Positions 44,150-53,518 are shown, numbered from the stretch's first letter. The stretch: DNA of 64,000 nt from Pseudonocardiaceae bacterium (GCA_050699575.1 JBOHFG010000101.1:13589-77588); one strand, 5' to 3'. Translations and numbers: made by a program. The notes: generated by a model not told the origin, from the sequence alone.

Positions 44150-46753
44150 GTGCGGATGACCTCTGTGTATGTGAGATGGCGTCCGTCGGGTGCCTTGCTC
44201 TCCCGGGGGCGAGCTGTGGCTCCCCGTGCCTTCGTCAGCGCTCTCACCCTGGCCGCCGCAGCGGCCGTGGCGGCCGTGGTGGGCACCACCACCGTCCAGC
44301 CAAGTCTTGAGATGTTGCTCAAGGGCCTCGGGTTGGTGGCGGCATTCGGGATTGCCCGAGCCCTGGCCATTGAGGTCGACGTCCGCCGCGACACAGCCCG
44401 GATCACTCTCACCGAGATCCCACTGGTCTTCGGCTTGCTGTACCTCCCTGGCTCGATCGTGCTGGCAGCCTACGTCGGTGTTGTTGTCATCGCTCGGTTG
44501 TGGCGCGGTGACAGCTGGTCCAAGTTGTTGTTCAACGCCTCGTACGCGGCCCTCACCGTCGCGTGCACCGACCTGCTGGCCCGGTTGGTGTTCACGCAGG
44601 CCTGGGGTTGGCTGCCGCAGTGGCTCGCCGTATTCGCCGCTTTCGTCATCGTAAACACCGTCACCGCCCCGCTGACCTGGGTCTTTATCGTGCTGCTGAA
44701 TCCTCGACGTCCTGGCGAGGGGGCGCGCCCGGTGATCCACGCCTACCTCATCTGCCTGCTCAATGCCGCGCTCGGTCTCACCGCTGCGGAACTGGTGCGC
44801 AGGGTGCCGTGGGGTTCCCTGCTGGTGGGTTTGCTGGTGGTGACTGGGGCCGCGGCGTACCGCGGCTACTACTGGCTGCTCCGCGACCACCGTGACCTTG
44901 GCGTGCTCAACGACCTCAGCCTGCGGGTGGCTGTGGTCGGACGAGGCGGCGCCCAGCGGGGTGATGATGAGGACCAGCTGGACATGCCAGAGCTGGACGA
45001 AGCTGCGTGGGGTAGAGCCATGGAGCTGGCCCGTGAGCAGCTCAACGCCACCCGTGTCGTGCTGCACCGGATACCGGTCCGAGGCGGGTTGCACACGGTG
45101 GTCGCCGGTCTGCCACTGCCCCATCCGCTGTCCCCACGCGACGTTACTGCCGTGTTGCTCGCCGATCCGTCGGGCGGGGCCGCGCAGGTGCTGCGCCTGG
45201 CGGACAGCAGTTCGGACCCCGGCATTACTGGTGCGTTGCGTCTCAGGGCAGCGTCCGAGATGCTCGTGGCACCGCTGCGGGGTGCCCGTCACCTCCTCGG
45301 TGTCATCGAGGTGCACGATCGGCACAGCCAGCTGCACGGTTTCGGGAAAGCTGACGTGCGGCTGGTCGAGACGCTGGCCTGTCACCTCACCACCGCCCTG
45401 GACAACTGCCGGCTGCTTGCCCAGCTGCGACACGACGCCTACCACGACAACCTCACGGACCTACGGAATCGGCTCGGTTTTCGAGAGGCCGCGACTGAGG
45501 TGCTGTGCCGGGATTTGCTGCCGTGTGCCGTGCTCGTCATTGAGCTGGGTCTGCTGTCCTCGGTCAACGACGCGCTGGGTCACGCCTGGGGTGACCGAGT
45601 TGTCCTCGGTGCGGGTGAGCGGCTTCGCCGCATCCTGCCGGACCAGGCGCTCACCGCCCGGCTGGAGGGGGACACCTTCGCCGCACTGCTGGTCGACGTC
45701 GACGCGCAACGGGCACGGCACATGGCCGAGCAGCTGCATGCCGCGCTGAGTGAGCCCTACCGGGTCGACCGGCTCGCGGTGGAGTGCACCGCGGTGGTCG
45801 GCGTGGCGTTGACCGGGATTGAGCCCACCCGGGATGCGGACACCCTCCTGCAGCGAGCTGACGTAGCCTTGCGCGCCGCGCGTGGCGCCGATGAGGCGGT
45901 GCGCAGCTACCTGCCCAGCATGGGCCAGCTCCTGCTGCGCCGATTTCAGCTGGTCACCCAGTTCCGACAGGCGCTGGACACCGGGCAGGTCGATGTGCAC
46001 TTCCAGCCGCAACTGGAGTTGTCGACTCGTCAGGTGATCGGGGTGGAGGTGCTGGTGCGGTGGCACCATCCGGAATTTGGGATGGTCGATCCGGAGGAGT
46101 TCGTCACCCTCGTGGAGACCACCGGTCTGATCGGCCCGCTCACCGACTACGTGCTCAACCGTTCCCTGGCGCAGTGCCGTATCTGGCTGGACCGTGGGCT
46201 GTCATTGTCGGTCGCGGTCAACCTCTCGGTACGCAACTTGGCCGACACCGAGTTCCCCTACCGGGTGACCAATGCGCTGACCCGACACCGAGTGCCCGCG
46301 ACGCTTCTGAGTTTCGAGGTCACCGAGTCGGCGGTGATGAGTGATCCGGAGCTCATGCTGCCGGTGCTGCGCAGGCTGCACGAGCTGGGCATCCGCATCG
46401 CGGTGGATGACTTCGGTACCGGGTATTCGTCGCTGGCCTACCTGCGGCGTCTTCCGGTCAATGAGGTCAAGATTGACAAGAGTTTCGTGCTGGGGCTGGC
46501 CAGTGACCTCGGTGACCTTGCGGTGGTCCGGGCCATCATCGAGCTCGGCCACTCGTTGGGGTTGATCGTTGTCGCGGAGGGCGTCGAGCAGGATGCCACC
46601 CGGGACCAGCTGGTCGACATGGGCTGCGACGTCGCGCAGGGTTTCCTGTTTTCCTGCCCGCTCGAGCCGGAGAGGTTCGACGCCTGGTTGGCTGCCCGGA
46701 CCGTCGTCGCTCCCGGAGTGTGTGACGAGGCGGTGCTCACCCTGGTCCGGTAG
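44150..46753 (+). CDS. Membrane-anchored GAF-GGDEF-EAL signalling protein (c-di-GMP phosphodiesterase; degenerate cyclase site)
   Basis: About 7-8 N-terminal TM segments. GAF-like 'LLGVIEVHDRHS', a GGDEF domain with 'RLEGDTFAALL' (EGDTF instead of GGDEF), and an EAL domain with 'EVLVRWHHPEFG', 'DDFGTGYSSLAYL' and 'KIDKSF'. Confidence 0.9.
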   Translation: MRMTSVYVRWRPSGALLSRGRAVAPRAFVSALTLAAAAAVAAVVGTTTVQPSLEMLLKGLGLVAAFGIARALAIEVDVRRDTARITLTEIPLVFGLLYLPGSIVLAAYVGVVVIARLWRGDSWSKLLFNASYAALTVACTDLLARLVFTQAWGWLPQWLAVFAAFVIVNTVTAPLTWVFIVLLNPRRPGEGARPVIHAYLICLLNAALGLTAAELVRRVPWGSLLVGLLVVTGAAAYRGYYWLLRDHRDLGVLNDLSLRVAVVGRGGAQRGDDEDQLDMPELDEAAWGRAMELAREQLNATRVVLHRIPVRGGLHTVVAGLPLPHPLSPRDVTAVLLADPSGGAAQVLRLADSSSDPGITGALRLRAASEMLVAPLRGARHLLGVIEVHDRHSQLHGFGKADVRLVETLACHLTTALDNCRLLAQLRHDAYHDNLTDLRNRLGFREAATEVLCRDLLPCAVLVIELGLLSSVNDALGHAWGDRVVLGAGERLRRILPDQALTARLEGDTFAALLVDVDAQRARHMAEQLHAALSEPYRVDRLAVECTAVVGVALTGIEPTRDADTLLQRADVALRAARGADEAVRSYLPSMGQLLLRRFQLVTQFRQALDTGQVDVHFQPQLELSTRQVIGVEVLVRWHHPEFGMVDPEEFVTLVETTGLIGPLTDYVLNRSLAQCRIWLDRGLSLSVAVNLSVRNLADTEFPYRVTNALTRHRVPATLLSFEVTESAVMSDPELMLPVLRRLHELGIRIAVDDFGTGYSSLAYLRRLPVNEVKIDKSFVLGLASDLGDLAVVRAIIELGHSLGLIVVAEGVEQDATRDQLVDMGCDVAQGFLFSCPLEPERFDAWLAARTVVAPGVCDEAVLTLVR

Positions 46754-46889
46754 CCGCTGAGTTTCTGGCCGGCGCCGCCCAGGGCTGCTGGTGGTGTCAC
46801 CGACCGCCCCGAAGCCGGGCACCCGAGGTTGTGTACGATTGCTCTCGCTACACTCACTTGAGCTGGTAGCGAACGCCGAGAAAAACACT

Positions 46890-46962
46890 GCCCCAATAGC
46901 TCAGACGGCAGAGCGTCTCCATGGTAAGGAGAAGGTCTACGGTTCGATTCCGTATTGGGGCT
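46890..46962 (+). tRNA. tRNA-Thr (anticodon GGT)
   Basis: Hand-folded cloverleaf: acceptor gccccaa/ttggggc, D arm gctc-agacggca-gagc, anticodon arm tctcc-atGGTaa-ggaga, T arm tacgg-ttcgatt-ccgta. Confidence 0.9.
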
Positions 46963-47007
46963 CGTGGGAGGGGGTCGTCCGGTTGAGGGCGGCGTGGTCC
47001 CCTTGAC

Positions 47008-47083
47008 GGCGGTGTAGCTCAGACGGAAGAGCAAGCGGCTCATAATCGCTGTGTCGCCGGTTCGAGTCCGGCCACCGCTACCA
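47008..47083 (+). tRNA. tRNA-Met (elongator, anticodon CAT), CCA encoded
   Basis: Acceptor ggcggtg/caccgct, D arm gctc-agacggaa-gagc, anticodon arm agcgg-ctCATaa-tcgct, T arm gccgg-ttcgagt-ccggc, then A-CCA. No initiator features (no 3 G-C pairs in the anticodon stem). Confidence 0.9.
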
Positions 47084-47161
47084 CCGGTCCGGCGCATCCT
47101 GTGCTGGCCGTAGCAGTCCCCAGCTGCACCTGATGACCGTTTTGGCGAGAGAGAGGCAGCC

Positions 47162-47326
47162 GTGGCCGCCACTGACGTTCGGCCCAAGATCACGCTGGCG
47201 TGCGAGGAGTGCAAGCACCGCAACTACATCACCAAGAAGAACCGGCGCAACGATCCTGACCGGCTGACCATCCGCAAGTACTGCCCGAACTGCAATACAC
47301 ACCGGGCGCACCGCGAGACCCGTTGA
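47162..47326 (+). CDS. rpmG: 50S ribosomal protein L33
   Basis: GTG start; '[54 protein letters not shown]', a CxxC...CxxC L33 sequence. Under 60 aa, so absent from the ORF track. Confidence 0.9.
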   Translation: MAATDVRPKITLACEECKHRNYITKKNRRNDPDRLTIRKYCPNCNTHRAHRETR

Positions 47327-47365
47327 GCTGGCTGAGGCCGGCAGTCGCCTGAGTAGTCTGCACCG

Positions 47366-47851
47366 ATGGCACTGGACCCCTCCTTCGTCGGACGGTGCTA
47401 TCCCGCGACGAGTACCTACCAGGTGGGACGCGAGAAGATCCGGGAGTTCGCCGAGGCCATCGGCGATGACGACCCGGTCTACCGGGATCCTCAGGCCGCC
47501 TACGCCTGCGGATACTCCGATGTGATCGCCCCGCCGACGTTCGCGATCACGCTGTCCCTGCGAGCGCAGCAGACGCTCATCTGCGATCCGGCTCTGGGGC
47601 TGGACTACAGCCGGATGGTGCACGGCCACCAGTCCTTTACTCATCACCGGCCCATCCTGGCCGGTGATGAGCTGGCCGCAACCCTGCATATCGACGGCAT
47701 CCGTGCCATGGGCGGCAACGACATGCTCACGCTGCGCTGTGAGATCACAGACAAGGTGGGCGACCCGGTGACTACGGCCCGGGTGCTGCTGGTTGTCCGT
47801 GGTCCAGAAGCGGGCCCAAGAACAGAGCCGGATCCGGACGCGGACCGGTGA
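47366..47851 (+). CDS. hadA: MaoC-like (R)-hydratase/dehydratase, N-terminal-type subunit (HadA-like)
   Basis: 'YQVGREKIREFAEAIGDDDPVYRD...VIAPPTF'. Conserved rpmG-hadA-hadB-tRNA-Trp-secE synteny of actinobacteria. Confidence 0.75.
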   Translation: MALDPSFVGRCYPATSTYQVGREKIREFAEAIGDDDPVYRDPQAAYACGYSDVIAPPTFAITLSLRAQQTLICDPALGLDYSRMVHGHQSFTHHRPILAGDELAATLHIDGIRAMGGNDMLTLRCEITDKVGDPVTTARVLLVVRGPEAGPRTEPDPDADR

Positions 47852-48273
47852 GCCGGCGCCGCCGCACCGAGGTCGCCGAAGGTGATGAACTGCCCGGCCT
47901 GCGAGTCCGAGTCACCCGGGCTGGACTGGTCCGGTACGCCGGAGCATCCGGCGACTTCAACCCGATCCACTGGAATGAACGCGAAGCTCGGGAGGTCGGG
48001 CTCCCCGGCGTCATCGCGCACGGGATGCTCACGATGGCGCTGGCCGGCCGGCTGGTGACGACCTGGGCGGGTGACCCGGGCGCTGTGGTGGAGTGCGCAG
48101 TGCGCTTCGTTCGCCCAGTCGTGGTGCCTGATGACGCCGAAGGGGCGCTGGTGGAACTGTCCGGCAAGGTGGTGACGCGACGCGCCGATGGCACGGTGGT
48201 CGTCGCCATCACCGCGCACGCGGCCGGCCGGACCGTACTCGGCCAAGCCACCGCCACCGTCGTGCTGGCTTGA
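47848..48273 (+). CDS. hadB: MaoC-like dehydratase, catalytic subunit (HadB-like)
   Basis: Hydratase-2 motif 'YAGASGDFNPIHWNEREAREVGLPGVIAHGM'. 4-nt overlap with the upstream gene. Confidence 0.8.
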   Translation: MSRRRRTEVAEGDELPGLRVRVTRAGLVRYAGASGDFNPIHWNEREAREVGLPGVIAHGMLTMALAGRLVTTWAGDPGAVVECAVRFVRPVVVPDDAEGALVELSGKVVTRRADGTVVVAITAHAAGRTVLGQATATVVLA

Positions 48274-48422
48274 GCTGTCCGGGTCAGTTGAAGTGCCCCG
48301 GCCCTGGTGTCCTACACTTGGTTCCTGGGTTACCAGCAGATCTCACATGTCCGGTGTTCACCGTGGCCTGGGCTGTCAGGTGGTGGCCTCCGGGTGGAAT
48401 CTCAACGGGAGATGCCCGGTAA

Positions 48423-48495
48423 AGGGGTGTAGCTCAACTGGTAGAGCAGCGGTCTCCAAAACCGCAGGTTGCAGGTTCAAGTCCTGTCGCCCCTG
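48423..48495 (+). tRNA. tRNA-Trp (anticodon CCA)
   Basis: Acceptor aggggtg/cgcccct, D arm gctc-aactggta-gagc, anticodon arm gcggt-ctCCAaa-accgc, T arm gcagg-ttcaagt-cctgt. Confidence 0.9.
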
Positions 48496-48554
48496 CGTTG
48501 ATCTCGACAACAACCCAACCGGCATACGGTCCGGCGAAGCGGAGGATCACCAGC

Positions 48555-48932
48555 GTGAGTGATGATCGCGCCCACGAGACGGAAGACCGGCTGGACCACG
48601 CCGAGGTGTCATCTGACGCCCCGGAGTCTGCCACTGCCGTGCGCGGGGTGCGATCCACCAGCCGACCCACCCCTGCGCAACGGTCCACGGCCGCTGGCAA
48701 GGATCAGCCAACCAGGGCTCGCGGTGCCACCGAGGCCAAAGTGGCTGCGCCGGCCCGGCTGATCCGGTTTCTCCGGGAAGTCGTCTCCGAGCTCAGCAAG
48801 GTCATCTGGCCGAGCCGCCGAGGGCTGGTGGTCTACACCGCGGTCGTGTTGGTCTTCGTCAGCTTCATGGTTGCGTTCGTGGCATTGCTCGACATGGGCC
48901 TGGGCAAGGCCGTGCTGACCGTTTTCGGCTGA
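48555..48932 (+). CDS. secE: Preprotein translocase subunit SecE
   Basis: C-terminal 'FLREVVSELSKVIWPSRRGLVVYTAVVLVFVSFMVAFVALLD' is the SecE TM signature. GTG 48555 follows GGAGGA. The N-terminal length is uncertain. Confidence 0.85.
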   Translation: MSDDRAHETEDRLDHAEVSSDAPESATAVRGVRSTSRPTPAQRSTAAGKDQPTRARGATEAKVAAPARLIRFLREVVSELSKVIWPSRRGLVVYTAVVLVFVSFMVAFVALLDMGLGKAVLTVFG

Positions 48933-48999
48933 TGCCGGCTACTCGGGCGCCGGTTGACCACCAGCACGGCGTGACGCAAGAAAGAAAGCGAGACCGACT

Positions 49000-49866
49000 G
49001 TGACCTCTCCGGAAGGGACCGACCCGGAAGGGACCGACCCGGAAGGGACCCACCCGGAAGGGACCCACCCAGACGGGACCCACCCAGACGGGACCCACCC
49101 AGACGGGACTTCCGCCGAAAGCGGGCAGGAGCTTACGGGGCTGTTTGCCGCCGATATACCAAAGATCGATGCACCCGAGATCGACGCACCTGACAATACT
49201 GCTGACGCTGACCGGGACGGGGGAGCGGTCGACGTCGAGTCACCTCAACCTCCCGACCCGATCGATGAGCTTCGAGCCGCGCTGGCCAAAGCTCCGGGCG
49301 AGTGGTATGTGGTGCACTCCTACGCTGGCTATGAGAACAAGGTGAAGGCGAACCTGGAGACCAGGATCCAGACCTTGGATGTCGAGGATTTCATCTTCCA
49401 GGTGGAAGTGCCCACCGAAGAAGTCACCGAGATCAAGAACGGTCAGCGCAAGCAGGTGCAACGCAAGGTGCTGCCGGGCTACATCTTGGTCCGGATGGAC
49501 CTCAACGACGCCTCGTGGAGCGCGGTGCGCAATACGCCGGGGGTCACCGGGTTCGTCGGTGCCACCTCGCGTCCCTCGCCGCTGACCCTGGATGACGTGC
49601 TGAAGTTCCTCGCCCCGCGGGTTGCCCCGCCGAAGGTGACGGTCGGTGCCGGCAAGCATGCGGGTGGCATCGGTGGCGCCAAGCCTGCCATTGAGGTCGA
49701 CTTCGAGGTGGGGGAGTCGGTCACCGTCATGGACGGTCCGTTCGCTACGTTGCCGGCGACGATCAACGAGGTGAACATCGACGCGCAGAAGCTCAAGGTG
49801 CTGGTGTCGATCTTCGGTCGGGAGACTCCGGTCGAGCTCTCATTCAGCCAGGTCGCCAAGATCTGA
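49000..49866 (+). CDS. nusG: Transcription termination/antitermination factor NusG with a repeat-containing N-terminal extension
   Basis: NGN '[19 protein letters not shown]...[10 protein letters not shown]...LPGYILVRM...[12 protein letters not shown]' and KOW '[21 protein letters not shown]'. About 95 aa of low-complexity sequence precede the NGN domain. Confidence 0.95.
   Translation: MTSPEGTDPEGTDPEGTHPEGTHPDGTHPDGTHPDGTSAESGQELTGLFAADIPKIDAPEIDAPDNTADADRDGGAVDVESPQPPDPIDELRAALAKAPGEWYVVHSYAGYENKVKANLETRIQTLDVEDFIFQVEVPTEEVTEIKNGQRKQVQRKVLPGYILVRMDLNDASWSAVRNTPGVTGFVGATSRPSPLTLDDVLKFLAPRVAPPKVTVGAGKHAGGIGGAKPAIEVDFEVGESVTVMDGPFATLPATINEVNIDAQKLKVLVSIFGRETPVELSFSQVAKI
49009..49110 (+). repeat. 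Seven tandem 15-bp in-frame repeats (PEGTD x2, PEGTH x2, PDGTH x3) in the nusG 5' region
   Basis: ccggaagggaccgac x2, ccggaagggacccac x2, ccagacgggacccac x2, plus one partial unit, read directly from the sequence. Confidence 0.95.
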
Positions 49867-49911
49867 CCGGCGCGGTGCCGGTTGGGATGCACCAGGTGCG
49901 AGGAAGGAATC

Positions 49912-50349
49912 ATGCCCCCCAAGAAGAAGCGTAAGAAGCTCACGGCCACCGTGAAGCTCGCCCTCGAAGCCGGCACCGCGAACCCGGCCTCGGTCGGCCA
50001 GGCGCTGGGTCCGCACGGCCTGAACATCATGGAGTTCTGCAAGGCCTACAACGCTGCCACGCAGAACAACCGTGGCGAAGTAGTACCCGCGGTCATCTCA
50101 GTCTATGAGGATCGCTCGTTCGAGTTCGTGCTCAAGACCCCACCTGCTGCGGTGCTCCTGCTCAAGGCAGCCGGAGTGGCCAAGGGATCGGCGGAGCCGC
50201 ACAAGACCAAAGTTGCCAGGATCGGCCGCGACCAGCTCCGGGTCATTGCCGAACGCAAATTCGAGGATCTCAACGCCAACGACGTCGATGCCGCGATCAA
50301 GATTATCGCTGGCACCGCCCGGTCGATGGGCATTACCGTCGTCGACTAG
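49912..50349 (+). CDS. rplK: 50S ribosomal protein L11
   Basis: '[48 protein letters not shown]...'. ATG 49912 follows AGGAAGGA. Confidence 0.95.
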   Translation: MPPKKKRKKLTATVKLALEAGTANPASVGQALGPHGLNIMEFCKAYNAATQNNRGEVVPAVISVYEDRSFEFVLKTPPAAVLLLKAAGVAKGSAEPHKTKVARIGRDQLRVIAERKFEDLNANDVDAAIKIIAGTARSMGITVVD

Positions 50350-50431
50350 TACTACCCCGTACGCGTGGGAGGGTCAGGCGCTGATCCGCACCACGACTTC
50401 ACGAAGGCACGACTTCACGAAGGACAGTGAC

Positions 50432-51148
50432 ATGAAGCGCAGCAAGGCTTATCGCCAGGCCGCCGAGAAGGTCGACCTTAGCCGGTATTACAGCCCGCTC
50501 GAGGCTGCGGCGTTGGCCAAGGAGACCTCCCCGAGCAAGATGGACGCCACTGTCGAGGTCGCCATGCAGTTGGGTGTTGATCCCCGCAAGGCAGATCAGA
50601 TGGTTCGCGGCACGGTCAACCTGCCCCATGGCACCGGGAAGGTCGTGCGTGTCATCGTCTTCGCCACCGGCGACCGGGCTGCCGAGGCGGTGGCCGCTGG
50701 CGCTGACGCCGTCGGCTCCGACGATCTCATCGAGCGCATCCAGGGCGGCTGGCTGGACTTCGACGCCGCCATCGCGGCGCCGGACCAGATGGCCAAGGTT
50801 GGCCGGATCGCCAGGATTCTCGGTCCACGAGGCCTGATGCCCAACCCGAAGACCGGCACCGTCACGCCCGATGTTGCCAAGGCCATCACGGACATCAAAG
50901 GCGGTAAGATCAACTTTAGGGTGGACAAGCAGGCTAACCTACATTTGATCATCGGCAAGGTATCGTTCGATGCCAGCATGCTGGTGGAGAACTACGCCGC
51001 CGCGCTCGACGAGGTGCTGCGGAGCAAGCCGTCGGCCGCAAAAGGGCGATACCTGAAGAAGATCAATTTTTCCACTACGATGGGCCCTGGTATCCCGGTC
51101 GATCCCAACCGTATCCGGAACCTCCTCGTCGACGAGCCCACTCCCTGA
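50432..51148 (+). CDS. rplA: 50S ribosomal protein L1
   Basis: '[15 protein letters not shown]...[22 protein letters not shown]...[16 protein letters not shown]'. The track ORF start at 50105 overlaps rplK and is rejected. Confidence 0.95.
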   Translation: MKRSKAYRQAAEKVDLSRYYSPLEAAALAKETSPSKMDATVEVAMQLGVDPRKADQMVRGTVNLPHGTGKVVRVIVFATGDRAAEAVAAGADAVGSDDLIERIQGGWLDFDAAIAAPDQMAKVGRIARILGPRGLMPNPKTGTVTPDVAKAITDIKGGKINFRVDKQANLHLIIGKVSFDASMLVENYAAALDEVLRSKPSAAKGRYLKKINFSTTMGPGIPVDPNRIRNLLVDEPTP

Positions 51149-51517
51149 GTTCCGCACCGCGCCACAGGGAGCTTCATGCAGGTTCTGTGCTCTTGAAGAC
51201 CGCCTGAGACGAAGCTTCCGGAGGCCTGGATGCTGGGCTCGGGAGTCATTGACTACTGTGGTACCCAGTTCCACCGAAGACCGCTGGTTTCCGTGCCATT
51301 GGTACGGACGAAGGTTCCGCACATGCGGGCGGCCCGCGTAGGAGGACGTGGATGTGCCGTCATGTCGCGCCGTCGTGCGCCGCCTGGCTACGCCCCATGC
51401 CTGCTGCGCTGGGGCGTTCGTCATTTTCGGGCCCGGTTACGGGTGTGCCGTCTGGCCTGCCCTGATCAGCCAGTGCACCTGCCGGCTCAGCCGGCAACCG
51501 AACTGAGGAGGCGATCC
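51149..51517 (+). promoter_or_regulatory. Long untranslated leader upstream of rplJ (expected site of the L10(L12)4 autoregulatory leader)
   Basis: A 369-nt gap separates rplA from rplJ with no credible ORF. The assignment rests on established knowledge of rplJL regulation. I did not verify any structure. Confidence 0.3.
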
Positions 51518-52063
51518 ATGGCTAGACCGGACAAGGTCGAAGCCGTTGCTGATATCGCGGACCAATTCCGCAGTGCCACGGCCGCGGTCGTGACCGAGTA
51601 CCGCGGCTTGTCCATGACCCAACTGACCAGCTTGCGTCGTTCCCTGGGTGCCGAAACCACCTACCGGGTCGCCAAGAACACCCTGGTTTCACGGGCCGCG
51701 CGCGACGCCGGGGTGCTGGGCCTTGATGAGCTGTTCATCGGCCCGACCGCGATTGCGTTCGTGCACGGTGAGCCGGTGCTCGCGGCGAAGGCGCTGCGTG
51801 ATTTCGCCAAAGAGCACACCGCGCTGGTGATCAAAGGTGGCTATCTGGACGGCCGTGCGCTGACCGTCGCCGAGGTCGCTCAGATTGCGGACCTGGAGTC
51901 TCGTGAGGTGCTGCTGGCCAAGCTGGCCGGCGCGATGAAGGCCAATCTCGCCAAGGCCGCCCGGCTGTTTGCCGAGCCGGCTTCCCAGGTTGCCCGGCTG
52001 GCTGCGGCTCTACGGGATCAGCGGCAAGAGCAGCAGCAGACCAGCAGCATGGCTGAAGACTGA
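51518..52063 (+). CDS. rplJ: 50S ribosomal protein L10
   Basis: '[44 protein letters not shown]...YRVAKNTL'. ATG 51518 follows GAGGAGG. Confidence 0.95.
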   Translation: MARPDKVEAVADIADQFRSATAAVVTEYRGLSMTQLTSLRRSLGAETTYRVAKNTLVSRAARDAGVLGLDELFIGPTAIAFVHGEPVLAAKALRDFAKEHTALVIKGGYLDGRALTVAEVAQIADLESREVLLAKLAGAMKANLAKAARLFAEPASQVARLAAALRDQRQEQQQTSSMAED

Positions 52064-52133
52064 TCGCCTACATCCCGCTTGTATCCATGAGCGGCACACG
52101 ACGGAACAAGACACAGAAGGAGAGCCCGCCATC

Positions 52134-52523
52134 ATGGCGAAGATGAGTACGGACGATCTGCTTGACGCGTTCAAGGACATGACGTTGCTCGAGCTGAGCG
52201 AGTTTGTGAAGAAGTTCGAAGAGGTCTTCGACGTCACCGCCGCGGCGCCGATCGCGGTGGCGGCTGGTCCAGCTGCGGGAACCGCTGACGCCCCGGCCGC
52301 TGAGGAGAAGGACGAGTTCAACGTCGTCCTCGAGGCCATTGGCGAGAAGAAGATCCAGGTCATCAAGGTGGTCCGGGAAGTTGTCTCTGGCCTGGGCCTC
52401 AAGGAGGCAAAGGACCTCGTCGAGAGCGCCCCCAAGCCGATCCTGGAGGGTGTCCCGAAGGACCAGGCCGAGGCAGCCAAAGCAAAACTCGAGGAAGCCG
52501 GCGCCAAGATCAGCTTAACCTGA
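52134..52523 (+). CDS. rplL: 50S ribosomal protein L7/L12
   Basis: '[26 protein letters not shown]...[35 protein letters not shown]...[14 protein letters not shown]'. Confidence 0.95.
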   Translation: MAKMSTDDLLDAFKDMTLLELSEFVKKFEEVFDVTAAAPIAVAAGPAAGTADAPAAEEKDEFNVVLEAIGEKKIQVIKVVREVVSGLGLKEAKDLVESAPKPILEGVPKDQAEAAKAKLEEAGAKISLT

Positions 52524-52533
52524 GTTCGGCAAC

Positions 52534-52597
52534 CGCATTCAGCGGGCGCAGCGGGGCTATCCGACCCGTGGTAACCCCGCTCAGCCCGCTGAATGCG
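52534..52597. terminator. Long imperfect hairpin between convergent rplL and the hydrolase gene (candidate bidirectional terminator)
   Basis: cgcattcagcgggcgcagcgggg ... ccccgctcagcccgctgaatgcg: 23-nt arms with 2 mismatches and an 18-nt loop. The right arm overlaps the last codons of the minus-strand gene. Confidence 0.5.
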
Positions 52598-53495
52598 TGA
52601 CGGGCCGGAGGCGCTGGTTGAGCCAGGAGATGAGGTCGGTGAGGATCGCCTCGCGCTCGGGCTCGTTGAACAGTTCGTGGTAGAGGCCCTGGTATCGGCG
52701 CAGTGTCTTGTCTGGCGAGGACACGGCGTCGTGCACCATTATCGAGCTGGTGGGGGCACAGATCCGGTCCTCGGTGCCGTGCAGAAGCAGCAGCGGCACG
52801 GACAGCTGCGGCAGCCTGGCGGGCAGGCTCTCTATCGTCGCCAGAATCTCGGCTCCGGTCCGCGCCTTGATTCTGCCATGATCCACCAGCGGATCCTCCC
52901 GGTAGGCACGGACCACTTCTGGGTCCCGGCTGATCCAGTCGGCGTTGATGCTGCTCACGCGGAGGTTGGGGACCAGCGCCGAGAGGACTCCGGCCAGGCG
53001 TCTGGCCAACGCCGAGCCGACCAGCACCTCCACTGCCGGTCCCGACACGACCAGCCCGTCCAGGCGACCCCCCGGTTCAGTAACCCAGTGCGGTTCAGTA
53101 ACCCAGTGCGGTTCAGTGGCCCAGTGCGGTTCAGTAACCCAGTGCAGCGCGATCAAGCCGCCGAGCGAGTGGCCTACCATGAATACCGGCAGTCCGGTAT
53201 GGCGCTGCGCGGCGAACCGTACGAAGGAGCTCAGGTCGTCCACGACCAACGCCATTCGTTCGATGTTGGCCCGCTTTCCGCCGGATCGTCCATGCCCTCG
53301 ATGGTCGGCGGCGTAGGCCGCGAATCCCGCCGTGGCCAGCCGGTGGCCGACGTGTGCGTAGCGCCCCGAGTGCTCATGGATACCGTGCACGATGACGACG
53401 ATCGCCCGGGCCGGGCCGTCCGGGAGCCAGGCCTGCCAGTACGCGGTCCGTCCAGGCGTGCTCTCCCGGTGTCCCTGCTCATGTCTGGCGCCCAC
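52581..53495 (-). CDS. Alpha/beta hydrolase, monoacylglycerol lipase/lysophospholipase-like, with an internal hexapeptide repeat
   Basis: 'VVIVHGIHEHSGRYAHV...AADHRGHGRSGGKR' and the nucleophile elbow 'GHSLGG'. 'HWVTEPHWATEPHWVTEPHWVTEP' is inserted shortly after the elbow. Confidence 0.85.
   Translation of the reverse strand: MGARHEQGHRESTPGRTAYWQAWLPDGPARAIVVIVHGIHEHSGRYAHVGHRLATAGFAAYAADHRGHGRSGGKRANIERMALVVDDLSSFVRFAAQRHTGLPVFMVGHSLGGLIALHWVTEPHWATEPHWVTEPHWVTEPGGRLDGLVVSGPAVEVLVGSALARRLAGVLSALVPNLRVSSINADWISRDPEVVRAYREDPLVDHGRIKARTGAEILATIESLPARLPQLSVPLLLLHGTEDRICAPTSSIMVHDAVSSPDKTLRRYQGLYHELFNEPEREAILTDLISWLNQRLRPVTHSAG
53073..53144. repeat. Four tandem 18-bp in-frame repeats (HWVTEP units) inside the hydrolase gene
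   Basis: cggttcagtaacccagtg repeated with an 18-nt period (one unit reads ...gtggccc...). Read directly from the sequence. Confidence 0.9.
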
Positions 53496-53518
53496 GTACT
53501 TCTCCCTCTCGACCCTGG

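Noticed and set aside
46438-47223. 261-aa minus-strand ORF spanning the tRNA-Thr/tRNA-Met region
   Set aside because: It runs antisense through two well-folded tRNA genes and the rpmG start. It is an artefact.
49009-49110. CRISPR-like array (regular short repeats), also considered at 53073..53144
   Set aside because: The repeats are directly adjacent with no spacers. They have 15- and 18-nt periods, lie in frame inside nusG and a hydrolase, and encode peptide repeats. They are not CRISPR arrays.
50105-50431. Upstream extension of the rplA ORF (track start 50105); likewise rplJ (51230), rplK (49882), ppc (36903), rpoC (59319) and tatA (3142)
   Set aside because: The extensions overlap upstream genes or add non-conserved residues. 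Canonical N-termini with RBS-like sequences are found at the downstream starts used in the feature list.
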